64,000 bases of DNA from Gemmatimonadales bacterium (GCA_038321865.1 JBBQFH010000006.1:174-64173), one strand, 5' to 3'; counted from the first letter of the stretch, positions 37,101 to 45,248 are shown. Translations and numbers: made by a program. Notes: generated by a model from the sequence alone, not told the origin.

Positions 37101-37291
37101 TCGATGCGCGGTGGGGAATGCTCGGCCGGGTGCGGCTGATGCGGGCGGAGCTCCATGCCAAGCTGGGGCACACGACCGAGGCCCGAAACGAGTACCGGCA
37201 GGTGCTCGACCAGTGGAAGGGCGCCGACCCGACGCTCAACGCCCTGGTGCGCCAGGCCCAGCGGGGTCTCGCCGGCCTCGGCGAGGGGTAG
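34184..37291 (+). CDS. Membrane Ser/Thr protein kinase with a periplasmic/TPR sensor region
   Basis: It carries Hanks motifs (GRGGMGVIF, AVKVV, HRDLKPENV, DFGIA and SPEQ), one TM helix (WALAAAAASLVAVSALLGA) and then about 700 aa of TPR-like repeats. Confidence 0.9.
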   Translation: MDPIPDLSTRLQAALGPQYRLEREIGRGGMGVIFRAVDTALDRRVAVKVVHPELAAHGAIARRFLAEARTVARLHHPNIVAVHAAGSSGDLLWYAMDEVPGETLRQRILRERRLPVAEAARIAADLAGALDAAWKAGVVHRDLKPENVLLADGTGRALLTDFGIARAFAPDQSEPATGEGVAIGTPAYMSPEQASGDVVDGRSDLYALGVVLYEMLTGMPPFHGPNRVVVSRHMTERPAPVEQRRKDCPPALAAAVERALAKAPADRFQTGESFRAALTGEQPVTSPRRTARRWALAAAAASLVAVSALLGASRLRHDGPPAGVNPRQSILVLPFDNLRGDADIKWLEDGSVSMLALNMSQWNDLQVVDHERLHDLLAKHHIGIGDAIGLDMARRLAREAGVWTVVLGDFHRAGDSLHLVARVYDVASGRRVDVAQADDRPGEDLRPVFDQLAARLLDLSGAPSRVHTGLAQATTGSLEAFRAYLAGEEALNRWDLALAERELRRATALDTTFSLAYYKLALTRGWLVGASDSIADAAMRRATANADRLPEHERTVVSAYRAFLGNDLATSRALYQRLIARNPADADAWYGLGEAWFHDMTARSRPEQLTEGLRAFRHALALDPEYALAYDHVGTILADASQPTAMFALLPGDSMVASRDTGGRSTLDTAARAAATRRARAAVVELARSWIATQPTTLRAHAAMVNAYIAAADYPGALAEVDRYRALVPSDPEYPFVEARIHFAAGDIDRAAATLRGALDTTDAADFHRFEGNLTVFQDLASAANVFAYQGDLVNAARAIDLADRARREVYGALVPAGSFLAGDAWHRSALGQLYAAFGGPAASLRRVWQSAAEAGRMAEPEMRKKLARTGGTAAIELFAGPEADSTALTELHTLTGDTPPKEVRALLALSRRDPAAARRALAEPDSMMEPGPGYLIYHRPLAAEAYYRLGEYQTALTLLSGFEPMAYSMSGFDARWGMLGRVRLMRAELHAKLGHTTEARNEYRQVLDQWKGADPTLNALVRQAQRGLAGLGEG

Positions 37292-37307
37292 GATCCGGGC
37301 TATATTG

Positions 37308-37714
37308 GAGGATGGTCGAGCGCGGTGGTCGCGGGTGCCGCAAGGCGTCCGAGGAAAGTCCGAGCTCCATCGGGTAGACTGCCAGGTAACGCCTGGGCGC
37401 CGCAAGGCGACGGACAGGGCCACAGAAAACAGACCGCCCGGAGCGCAAGCGAAGGGTAAGGGTGAAACGGTGGGGTAAGAGCCCACCGCGCCTCTGGCAA
37501 CAGAGGTGGCACGGCAACCCCCAGTCGGAGCAAGGCCAAATAAGCGGCGAGGTGTGACCCACACCGACCAGCCCGACCTCGAAAGAGCGAGGGCAGCCGC
37601 GGGTAGGCTGCTAGAGGCGGCCGGCGACGGCCGTCCCAGACAGATGACCATCTCCTGACCCGGGCGCAAGCCCGGGAAGGGAAACAAAACTCGGCTTACG
37701 GCTCGACCAGCCAG
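37308..37714 (+). ncRNA. rnpB: RNase P RNA, bacterial type A
   Basis: Universal motifs are present in order: GAGGAAAGTCCGAGCTCC, GCCAGGTAACGCCTGGG, ACAGAAAACAGACCGCC, GGGTAAGGGTGAAACGGTGGGGTAAGAGCCCACCG, GGAGCAAGGCCAAATA, GGGTAGGCTGCT, AGACAGATGACCATC and ACAAAACTCGGCTTA. P1 pairs 37310-37321 with 37701-37712 (11 of 12 bp). The ends are accurate to within a few nt. Confidence 0.93.
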
Positions 37715-37722
37715 GCCGGAGC

Positions 37723-37752
37723 GGCGGGCGGAACCTTCGGGTTGTGCCCGCC
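37723..37752 (+). terminator. Stable hairpin just after rnpB (possible terminator or 3' processing element)
   Basis: The sequence GGCGGGCGGAACC-TTCG-GGTTGTGCCCGCC has a UUCG-type tetraloop and is followed by GTTCTCT. The weak U-tract keeps confidence low. Confidence 0.35.
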
Positions 37753-37845
37753 GTTCTCTATCCGGCCCCGTACCTACCGCACGCCCGTCCCTGTCCCTAC
37801 CTTCGGGCGGGCGGATACCTGTTTTCGACTCTCACTGAGGCACCC

Positions 37846-38616
37846 ATGCAGGCACGATCACTGAGCTTCGCGGCGCTGGCGACCGGCGTCATGTTTTCCG
37901 GCACCACGGCGGCGCCGGTCACGCTGAAATACCGGATCAAGCAGGTCTCCGAGCAGGAGGCCGACCTGACCGTCGCCGGGCAGGGCAAGCAGCAGCAGCG
38001 GAGCGGGTCGTCGATGTTCGTGACCATCACGTACACCGATTCCGCCGCGGGCCGCACCGTGCACTTCGTGGTCGATTCGGCGGTGGCCGACAGCGGTACG
38101 CCGGACATCATCAAGGCGTCGTTCGACAGCCTGCGGGGCCAGGCGTTTCATGGCTTCCTGGCCAACGGGAAGGTGACGTCGCTGAAGGCGATGAAGGACG
38201 GCCAGGCAACGACCGGAATCGCCACGCTGATCGGCACCCTTACCCCGCGGATCAAGCCGGGCACCAAGGTCGGCGCCGCCTGGAGCGACACCACCGACGC
38301 CACCAACGAGGTCCCCAGCGGCAACATCGCCACCCGCACCGTCGCCAACTACAAGGCGAGCGCGCAGGAGATGCGTGACGGCGTCAAGGCGCTCAAGGTG
38401 GATGTGGCCAGCAGCTCGGCGCTGACCGGGCAGCAGTCGGGGAATACGATCGAAGGGACGGGCACGGGTACGGCCACATACTACGTCGCCCCGGACGGCC
38501 GCCTGGTGGCCTCCAGCATCACGTCCATGTCGACGCTCGCGGTCACGTCGCCGCAGCTGCCGGAGCCGATCCCGGTCACGATCAAGGGCAGCGTGACGGT
38601 CACCGCGATCAAGTAG
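37846..38616 (+). CDS. Secreted hypothetical protein (paralog A of a tandem pair)
   Basis: The internal ATG gives a signal-like MQARSLSFAALATGVMFSGTTAA. The protein is rich in T, S, G and V with a beta-rich pattern. It shares colinear motifs with the next gene. Confidence 0.65.
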   Translation: MQARSLSFAALATGVMFSGTTAAPVTLKYRIKQVSEQEADLTVAGQGKQQQRSGSSMFVTITYTDSAAGRTVHFVVDSAVADSGTPDIIKASFDSLRGQAFHGFLANGKVTSLKAMKDGQATTGIATLIGTLTPRIKPGTKVGAAWSDTTDATNEVPSGNIATRTVANYKASAQEMRDGVKALKVDVASSSALTGQQSGNTIEGTGTGTATYYVAPDGRLVASSITSMSTLAVTSPQLPEPIPVTIKGSVTVTAIK

Positions 38617-38640
38617 CCTCACTGATTCACGCGTTTCACA

Positions 38641-38669
38641 GGGCCCGCCGCCGGCGGGCCTTCGTGTGT
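38641..38669 (+). terminator. Possible intrinsic terminator
   Basis: A GGCCCGCC/GGCGGGCC 8-bp GC stem (38642-38660) with a 3-nt loop is followed by TTCGTGTGT. Confidence 0.45.
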
Positions 38670-38714
38670 CCGGCCGTGATTGACACGCGCCAGCCGCACG
38701 GCGAGCATTCGACA

Positions 38715-39596
38715 ATGACCCGACCTCATCTGCTCGCGGCGCTGTGCGCCGCCACAATGGCCTGTGCCTCCGCGACGCCGGCCCCTTCGTCCGCCCCCGC
38801 GCCCGGCAGCACGCCCGGCAGCACGCCATCCGCTTCCGGCCGTGCACCGGCCATCCGTAGCGGGGCACTCATCTACCAGCCCTCGACCGCCTCGTACGTG
38901 CTCCGCCGGCGCGACAGCGTGAGCGTCGAGCTTCCGAATGGACTCCGGCGCACCCAGGTCCTGTCCAGCGCCGGCTATTTCAGCGTGGCGACCCGCGCCG
39001 GCACCCCGATGCCGATCGCGATTACCCTCGATTCGCTGACGGTCGAGGGCCCGCTCGCGGCGCAGTCGGCGATCGACAGCGCCCGGGGAGCGCACTGGAC
39101 CGGCAGCGTCTCCGCCATCGGCGTCGTGTCGGGCCTGACCGCCGAGCGCACCAGCAGCGTCGCCGAGCAGTTCCGGGGCATGCTCCCGCTGGTGTTTCCC
39201 GTCCTGCCGGCCGGCGGGGTGCGGGAAGGCGCGGCCTGGAGCAACACGCGGGACGACACGATGCGCGTCCTGGCCTTCAACGTCCGCGAGCACGCGGTGG
39301 ACAGCGCCCGCGCCACGGCGGATACGGCGCGCCTGGCCGGCAAGCCGTGGATCGCGATCACGACCGCGGCCGGCTTCACCCGGATCGGCGGCGGAAGCCA
39401 GTTCGGCCAGGCGGTGGAGGTGCGGGCAACGGGAACGCGCCACCTCACCAGCCGCCTGCGGCCCGACGGCATGCTCGGCAGCATGGACGGCACCGAATCG
39501 AGTGACATGACACTCACCGTTCCAGCAATGGGACAGACGCTGCCGGTCAAGCAGGACGGCACGTTCAGCGTGCGCCTGCTCCGCGCCGCCCGCTGA
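38715..39596 (+). CDS. Hypothetical lipoprotein (paralog B of a tandem pair)
   Basis: The internal ATG gives MTRPHLLAALCAATMACAS (lipobox), followed by a Pro/Ser/Ala linker. The body aligns by eye with the upstream gene. Confidence 0.65.
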   Translation: MTRPHLLAALCAATMACASATPAPSSAPAPGSTPGSTPSASGRAPAIRSGALIYQPSTASYVLRRRDSVSVELPNGLRRTQVLSSAGYFSVATRAGTPMPIAITLDSLTVEGPLAAQSAIDSARGAHWTGSVSAIGVVSGLTAERTSSVAEQFRGMLPLVFPVLPAGGVREGAAWSNTRDDTMRVLAFNVREHAVDSARATADTARLAGKPWIAITTAAGFTRIGGGSQFGQAVEVRATGTRHLTSRLRPDGMLGSMDGTESSDMTLTVPAMGQTLPVKQDGTFSVRLLRAAR

Positions 39597-39616
39597 CCCA
39601 CCTCACGCTTCGGCGG

Positions 39617-40474
39617 GTGCTGCTCGCGGTGCTCACGGCCACAGCGCTTCTGGTGCTGTGGCTGTTCGCCGTCTGGCCGCCGCCGGTGTGGTACCGGTCC
39701 CACTGGCCCGCCCGCACCGCGTTCATGGCGATGCGGGACGGCGCGGCGCCTGGCGCCGCCCCCGTGTCCTACCAGCCGGTGCCGCTGGATGCGATCGCGC
39801 CCGACCTGGTGCAGGCAGTGCTGATCGGGGAGGACAACCGCTTCTGGACCCATCCCGGCATCGACTTCGTCGAGCTCCGGCGGGCACTGGGCTACCGGCG
39901 GCCGGCGTTTTCCTGGACGTCGCCGCGCGACGTGGTGGACGTCGGCCGCTCCCTCGGCCGCGCCTGGAGCCGGCGTGACGCGTTGCGCGGGGCGAGCACC
40001 GTGACCCAGCAGCTGGCCAAGAATCTCTACCTCTCGCCCTCGCGCAACCCGCTGCGGAAGCTCAAGGAAGCGGTCACCGCCTTCCGCCTCGAGGGCGCGC
40101 TCGGCAAACGACGGATTCTGGAGCTCTATCTGAACGTCGTGGAAATGGGTGATGGCGTCTGGGGCGCGCAGGCGGCGAGCCAGCGCTATTTCGGCCGGAG
40201 TGCGGCGAATCTCAGCCGCGCCCAGGCCGCCGCGCTGGCCGGCGCGCTGCCCTTTCCGCTGCTGTCGAATCCGGCGGTTCATCCCGGCAGGATGCGCTGG
40301 CGGCAGAGCCTGATCCTCCGCCGCATGGGCGGCGAACGGATCGAGATCCCGAGTGTGGTGGACGAGCCCCGGCCCGAGCCCGGCGACAGCATATCCCACA
40401 CACCCGCGGTAGACTCGCTGCTCGATTCCCTCCGCGCTCCGGTCGAGACCCTGCCGCCGGATTCGGCGCCATGA
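39617..40474 (+). CDS. mtgA: Monofunctional peptidoglycan glycosyltransferase (GT51)
   Basis: It shows the GT51 motifs IGEDNRFWTHPGIDF, GASTVTQQLAKNLYLS, RKLKEA and ILELYLNVVEMGDGVWG. There is no transpeptidase domain. Confidence 0.88.
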   Translation: MLLAVLTATALLVLWLFAVWPPPVWYRSHWPARTAFMAMRDGAAPGAAPVSYQPVPLDAIAPDLVQAVLIGEDNRFWTHPGIDFVELRRALGYRRPAFSWTSPRDVVDVGRSLGRAWSRRDALRGASTVTQQLAKNLYLSPSRNPLRKLKEAVTAFRLEGALGKRRILELYLNVVEMGDGVWGAQAASQRYFGRSAANLSRAQAAALAGALPFPLLSNPAVHPGRMRWRQSLILRRMGGERIEIPSVVDEPRPEPGDSISHTPAVDSLLDSLRAPVETLPPDSAP

Positions 40475-40499
40475 GGCGCCGCCGCCGAAAGGAGATGCC

Positions 40500-41621
40500 A
40501 TGAGACCCGAAACCCTCGCCGTGCACGCCGGTCACCAGGTGGATCCCGCGACCGCGTCGGTCACCCCGCCGATCTACCTGTCCACCACCTTCGAGCGAAG
40601 TCCCGAGGGCACCTATCCGCAGGGCTACAGCTACATCCGGGAAAACAACCCGAACCGGGCCGCCCTCGAGGCCTGCCTCGCGGCGCTGGAGGGCGGAGCC
40701 GCGGCAGCGGCCTTCTCCTCGGGCTCGGCGGCTACGCACGCAATCCTCCAGACGCTCACGCCGGGCGATCACGTGCTCGCGCCCCACGATGCATACTACG
40801 GCACCGCACGGATTCTCCGGGAGTTGCTCGGTCCCTGGGGGCTGGAGTGCAGTTTTGTCGATATGGCCGACCTCGATGCGGTCGAGGGCGCGATCGGCCC
40901 CCGCACCCGGCTGGTCTGGATCGAGACACCGTCCAACCCGATGATCCGCGTGACGGACATCGCGGCCGTCGCCGAGCGGGCGCACGCGCGGGGTGCGCTG
41001 GTGGCGTGCGACAATACTTGGGCGACACCGGTGCTGACCCGCCCATTCGAGCACGGTGCCGACCTCGTCATGCATTCGACGACGAAGTACCTGGGGGGCC
41101 ACAGCGACCTGCTGGGCGGCGCGGTGGTGTCACGAGTGGAGAACGAGGTGATCGCCCGGCTCCGCACGATCCAGCGCGTCGGAGGGGCGGTTCCCTCGCC
41201 GTTCGACTGCTGGCTGGTGCTGCGTGGCGTGCGATCGCTGCCCTACCGGATGCGGGCGCACTCGGCGAGTGCCCTCGCGGTCGCGGAATTCCTCGCGGGC
41301 CACGCGGCGGTTTCAGCCGTGCACTATCCCGGGCTGGCCGCGAATGCGGGGCGCGGGACCGCCATCCGCCAGATGGAGCTGTTCGGGGGGATGCTGTCGT
41401 TCGAAGTGGAGGGGGGGCGAGCCGGCGCGATGGCGGTGACCAGTCGCCTTCGGCTGGTCACCCGCGCCACGAGCCTGGGCGGCCCGGAAACGCTGATCGA
41501 GCACCGCGCTTCGGTCGAGGGGCCGGCCACCCGCACCCCCGAGGGTCTGCTGCGGTGCTCGATCGGCCTGGAGCACCCCGACGACCTGATCGCCGACTTC
41601 GCCGGGGCGCTGACCGCCTAG
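40500..41621 (+). CDS. Cys/Met-metabolism PLP enzyme (cystathionine gamma-synthase/gamma-lyase family)
   Basis: It shows YSYIRENNPNR, the PLP-lysine context HSTTKYLGGHSD and a C-terminal LIRCSIGLEHPDDLI-type motif (LLRCSIGLEHPDDLIAD). Confidence 0.9.
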   Translation: MRPETLAVHAGHQVDPATASVTPPIYLSTTFERSPEGTYPQGYSYIRENNPNRAALEACLAALEGGAAAAAFSSGSAATHAILQTLTPGDHVLAPHDAYYGTARILRELLGPWGLECSFVDMADLDAVEGAIGPRTRLVWIETPSNPMIRVTDIAAVAERAHARGALVACDNTWATPVLTRPFEHGADLVMHSTTKYLGGHSDLLGGAVVSRVENEVIARLRTIQRVGGAVPSPFDCWLVLRGVRSLPYRMRAHSASALAVAEFLAGHAAVSAVHYPGLAANAGRGTAIRQMELFGGMLSFEVEGGRAGAMAVTSRLRLVTRATSLGGPETLIEHRASVEGPATRTPEGLLRCSIGLEHPDDLIADFAGALTA

Positions 41622-42238
41622 AAGACTTCGTTGCCTTCGCGGCCGAGCTCCTGGACGGAGCGTACGTTGCGGTCGCGATCGGCTTCGGTGCCGTTGCCGG
41701 CGCCGTTGCCCGACTCCTCGATGCGGTCCCGATCCTGGCTCCGCCGGGCCCTGGCCGCGCGGTGTTCCTGCCAGCGGGTCGAGGCGTCGGTCTTCAGCTC
41801 GTCGATCTTCTTGCCGAGCTGCTCCCGGGTGCGCGTGCCGCTGTCGGGGGCGAGCAGCACGGCGGCGGCGGCTCCGGCCAGCGTCCCGAGGATGGCGTAG
41901 AGCGGCTTGTCCATGCCGCTGGCGGCATCCGGATGGATCCGGCGAGCGCTTTCCTTCCGGAATCGCTTCCAGTTGCCGGCCGCGCCTCCGCTGATGGCGG
42001 CGGCCCGCTTGCCCAGCTCCAGTTCATCGAACTGCTTACCCAGCTCCAGCTTCCTGAGCCGCTTGCTGAGCCGCTTCCTGGTCCCGGCCCCGGCATCCGG
42101 CGCCAGCAGCAGGGCCACGCCGGCCCCGATCGCCGCCGCGACGAGAGCGGTGACGACGATGCCGCCCGCGCGTCCGCCGCCGGTGGCGCCGGCGTCGGTG
42201 AGAGTAAATGAGTCTAAATCAGCTTGACGCTTGGTCAT
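41618..42238 (-). CDS. YtxH-domain protein (duplicated YtxH motif)
   Basis: It has two TM/amphipathic segments, each followed by LLAPDxGxxTRxxL (LLLAPDAGAGTRKRL and VLLAPDSGTRTREQL). The start was chosen at ATG 42238. The stop overlaps the convergent upstream gene's stop. Confidence 0.7.
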   Translation of the reverse strand: MTKRQADLDSFTLTDAGATGGGRAGGIVVTALVAAAIGAGVALLLAPDAGAGTRKRLSKRLRKLELGKQFDELELGKRAAAISGGAAGNWKRFRKESARRIHPDAASGMDKPLYAILGTLAGAAAAVLLAPDSGTRTREQLGKKIDELKTDASTRWQEHRAARARRSQDRDRIEESGNGAGNGTEADRDRNVRSVQELGREGNEVF

Positions 42239-42333
42239 ATGGCTATCCCTCCAGTGACTGAATGCGGTCGTGAGAGGGGACAAGATGCGGCGCGGCTGAT
42301 GGCCGCGCTGTGACGCAGACGACGTTTTCGAGG

Positions 42334-43449
42334 TCAGTCCACCAGGCGGAGCGGCATGACCAGCGCGAGGAAGCTGGCGGGATCGTCCCAGCCCACCGGC
42401 TCGCAGGTGGCGGCCCGCTCGGGCGCCTTGAAGGTCATGCGGACTTCGTCGGTCGGCATGTACTTGAGGATCTCGAGCATGTAGGAGGCATTGAAGCCGA
42501 TCTCGAGCGGATCGCCGTCGTAGCTGACCGTCACCTCTTCCTGCGCTTCGCCGAGGTCGGGGGTCTGCACCGAGAGCTTGCAGGAGCCGTTGGCGAAGGC
42601 CATGCGGATCCGGTGGGTCTGGTCGCTGGCCACGATGCTCATGCGCCGGAGCGCGCTGGTGAGCGCGGCCTTGTCGACCGTGGCGGCCTTGTCGTTGTCC
42701 CGCGGAATCACCTGCTCGTAATTGGGGTACGGGCCCTCGATCAGCCGGGTGAAGATCTGGGTGCGCTCGGAGCGGAAGCCGAGGTGGTTCTCGCTGCGGG
42801 CAATCTCGACCTGTTCGTCGGGGCCGAAGAGTCGCCGAATCTGCTCGAGCGCCTTGGGCGGGACGATGAGATCGGCCTGGCTGGACCCGCCGGTGGCCGC
42901 CGATGGCACGTCCATGCGGGCGAGGCGATGGCCGTTGGTGGCGACCATGCGCATGCGCTCGGGCCGGAGCTCCCAGAGCACACCGTTGAGGATCGGCCGG
43001 CTCTCTTCGGTGCTCGCGGCGAAGGCGACGTGCTGGATCAGCTTCTGGAGATCGCCGGACGACGTGCGCCAGGAGCTGTCGAACTTGACGGCGGGAAAGG
43101 CGGGAAACTCCTCACGCGGCAGGCCCAGCAGCTTGAACTTCGACCGCCCGCACTCGATCGTGACGCGTTGCTCGCCCGACGCGGTGATCCGGATCGCCGC
43201 ACTGGGCATCTCGCGGACGATTTCGACCAGCTTCCGGGCGGGAAGGGTGATGGCCCCCTCCTGGTCGACCGACGCGTTGACCGTCGTGCTCACGGCGATG
43301 TCGAGGTCGGTTCCGGAGAGCCGGATCCCGTCCTTCGTTGCCTCGAGCAGGATGTTCGACAGCACCGGCAGGGTCGTTTTCGTCGGCACGCTGGCGGCGA
43401 CGGCGACGAGCCCTTCCTGGAGCTGCTCCCGCGTGATCGTGAACTTCAT
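42334..43449 (-). CDS. dnaN: DNA polymerase III beta sliding clamp
   Basis: The sequence MKFTITREQLQEGL...PVLSNILLEA...LSGTDLDIAV has the canonical three-domain length of 371 aa. It lies directly downstream of dnaA. Confidence 0.97.
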   Translation of the reverse strand: MKFTITREQLQEGLVAVAASVPTKTTLPVLSNILLEATKDGIRLSGTDLDIAVSTTVNASVDQEGAITLPARKLVEIVREMPSAAIRITASGEQRVTIECGRSKFKLLGLPREEFPAFPAVKFDSSWRTSSGDLQKLIQHVAFAASTEESRPILNGVLWELRPERMRMVATNGHRLARMDVPSAATGGSSQADLIVPPKALEQIRRLFGPDEQVEIARSENHLGFRSERTQIFTRLIEGPYPNYEQVIPRDNDKAATVDKAALTSALRRMSIVASDQTHRIRMAFANGSCKLSVQTPDLGEAQEEVTVSYDGDPLEIGFNASYMLEILKYMPTDEVRMTFKAPERAATCEPVGWDDPASFLALVMPLRLVD

Positions 43450-43705
43450 CGGTCTCCTCGGGCGGCTAGAAACAGATACTACTTTACCAATTTAAATAAC
43501 TAGCAGTAGCAGTAGAGGGTATGGAAATGTGGACCGCCACCGCAAGCGACCTGCACCGGAACACGTTACCCGATTCTCGCGCTGTCGATACGGAGTGGGG
43601 GTTGCGGAAGAGTACCCGCTTTTTCCCCGACTCTCCACTGGTTTCCATAATCCCCACATCCCCGCAATCCACCGCGTGGATGATTCTCTGGACGGAATCC
43701 ACAAC
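43450..43705. other. Probable oriC module (AT-rich unwinding element plus DnaA-box cluster) in the dnaA-dnaN spacer
   Basis: Positions 43467-43530 are strikingly AT-rich for this genome, including an 11-nt pure A/T run (AATTTAAATAA, 43489-43499). TCCAC-core boxes lie at 43528-43536 (TGTGGACCG), 43649-43658 (AATCCCCACA), the 43667-43681 inverted pair ATCCAC-CGC-GTGGAT, and 43695-43703 (GAATCCACA). Confidence 0.7.
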
Positions 43706-45082
43706 TCAGTCGGCGCACAGCTCCTGCCGCGCGTGATCGATGCGATCGCGAAAGGCGCGGTCGCGCGTCATCTGCTGCTGCACTTTGTCCACGCTGTGAA
43801 TCACCGTCGAGTGATCGCGGCCGCCGAACGCCTGGCCGATTTCCACCAGCTGCATCTGCAGCAGCTCGCGCGCGAGATACATCGCGATCTGGCGCGGCAC
43901 GGTGAGCGTCTTGATGCGCGCCTTGCTGCGGAGGCCTTCGGGGGTCACCCCCCAGCGCCGGGCCACCACTTCCTGGACCTTGTTGATGGTCGGCAGCGGC
44001 TTTGGCTCGTTCAAGTCCTCGCCCGGCCTGATCTTGTCGGACAGCGCCTCGCGGGCGAGCTCGATCGAGATCTCCTTGTGCTTGAGCGAGGCGTACAGCA
44101 GCAACTTGATGATGCAGCCCTCGAGCTCCCGCACGCTCGAGCGCACGTGCTCCGCGATAAAACGCAGCACATCGTCGGGAATCGTGGTCTCCAGATGGTC
44201 CTGCTCCTGCTTCTTCCGGAGGATGGCGATCCGATGCTCCAGGTCGGGCTGGCCGATATCGGCCACCATGCCCCACTCGAAGCGGCTGATGAGCCGCGAC
44301 TCGAGGCCGGGAATCTCCTTCGGCGGCCGGTCCGAGGTCAGGACGATCTGCTTGTTGCCTTCGTACAGCGCATTGAAGGTGTGGAAGAACTCCTCCTGGG
44401 TCATCTCCTTGCCTTCGAGGAAATGCACGTCGTCCACCAGGAAGAGGTCCACGTCGGCCCGGTAGCGGCGCCGGAACTCCGGCATCGTCCGGCCGTGGAT
44501 GCTCTCGATGACTTCGTTGATGAACTGCTCGGCACCGACGTACAGGATACGGGTGCTGGGATTGTGCTGGCAGACCGCGTGGGCGATCGCCTGCATGAGA
44601 TGGGTCTTGCCCAGCCCCGTCGCGCCGTAGATGAAGAGCGGGTTGTAGGTCTTGCCCGGCGTCTCCGCGGCGGCGTGCGCGGCGGCGGCGGCGAGCTCGT
44701 TCGACTTGCCGATGACGAAGGTGTCGAAGGTGTACCGTTCGTTGAGCGGCTGGGTGCTCGGATTGACGGGCGTGACAATCGTGGCGGCCGGAGGCGCCAC
44801 GAAGAAGTCCATCTGGGGGCGCTTCTGGCGGTCTTCCTGGACGCGAAACACGACGGCCGTGTCCTGGCCGAGCAACGGCCGGGCCAGGCGCGACAGGATC
44901 GCAGAGTGCTTCGACTCGTTCCATTCGACCGCGAACTGATCCGGCGCGCCGACGATCAGCCGGCCCTCGTCGAGCGCGATCGCCTCGGTGGGCTCGAGCC
45001 AGGTCCGGATCGTATGGTCTGGAAGTTCGCGATGCGCCTCATCGAGGATGCGCTTCCATGCTTCTTTGGCGGACAGCTGCAT
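43706..45082 (-). CDS. dnaA: Chromosomal replication initiator protein DnaA
   Basis: It has Walker A (GATGLGKTHLMQA), box VII and sensor motifs, and the C-terminal DNA-binding signature (GGRDHSTVIHSVDKV). 458 aa. Confidence 0.97.
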   Translation of the reverse strand: MQLSAKEAWKRILDEAHRELPDHTIRTWLEPTEAIALDEGRLIVGAPDQFAVEWNESKHSAILSRLARPLLGQDTAVVFRVQEDRQKRPQMDFFVAPPAATIVTPVNPSTQPLNERYTFDTFVIGKSNELAAAAAHAAAETPGKTYNPLFIYGATGLGKTHLMQAIAHAVCQHNPSTRILYVGAEQFINEVIESIHGRTMPEFRRRYRADVDLFLVDDVHFLEGKEMTQEEFFHTFNALYEGNKQIVLTSDRPPKEIPGLESRLISRFEWGMVADIGQPDLEHRIAILRKKQEQDHLETTIPDDVLRFIAEHVRSSVRELEGCIIKLLLYASLKHKEISIELAREALSDKIRPGEDLNEPKPLPTINKVQEVVARRWGVTPEGLRSKARIKTLTVPRQIAMYLARELLQMQLVEIGQAFGGRDHSTVIHSVDKVQQQMTRDRAFRDRIDHARQELCAD

Positions 45083-45219
45083 CTACACTCGAAAACTCGT
45101 GGAGGTGATCCAAGGGCAGACGATGTTACGAGCGCGGTGTGGAAAAGTCAAATCGTAAGAATGCGTCCTTGACGGATGGATTTTCACTCGTCCGGCACGT
45201 CGCGTCCCGTCCCGCATGC

Positions 45220-45248
45220 TTGACCTGTTCCCGCCCTCCCGCTACTTT
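45220..45248 (+). promoter_or_regulatory. Candidate sigma70-type promoter for rpmH-rnpA
   Basis: TTGACC (45220-45225), a 17-nt spacer and TACTTT (45243-45248) lie 29 nt upstream of the rpmH ATG. GAGGAG at 45262-45267 serves as the ribosome-binding site. Confidence 0.5.

Noticed and set aside
36713-37687. A 324-aa minus-strand ORF and several 80-108-aa ORFs on both strands cover 37100-37700.
   Set aside because: This interval is occupied by the 3' end of the STK gene and by the RNase P RNA. All universal rnpB motifs and the P1 pairing are present, and the ORF translations are low-complexity.
37782-37825. A second hairpin (CGCCCGTCC ... GGGCGGGCG followed by TGTTTTCG) lies between rnpB and the next gene and might be a terminator or riboswitch-like element.
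   Set aside because: The 14-nt loop, one G-U pair and weak U-tract make it marginal, and it ends only about 20 nt before the next start codon. There is not enough evidence to call a feature.
42284-42333. The GC hairpin GCGCGGC-TGATG-GCCGCGC downstream of dnaN might be an intrinsic terminator.
   Set aside because: On the minus strand it is not followed by a U-tract, so it is at best a weak or Rho-assisted stop. I did not list it as a feature.
43484-43736. Small ORFs of 70-72 aa lie on both strands inside the dnaA-dnaN spacer.
   Set aside because: The region is AT-rich and carries DnaA boxes with origin-like character. The ORFs have atypical codon usage for this genome and no motifs.
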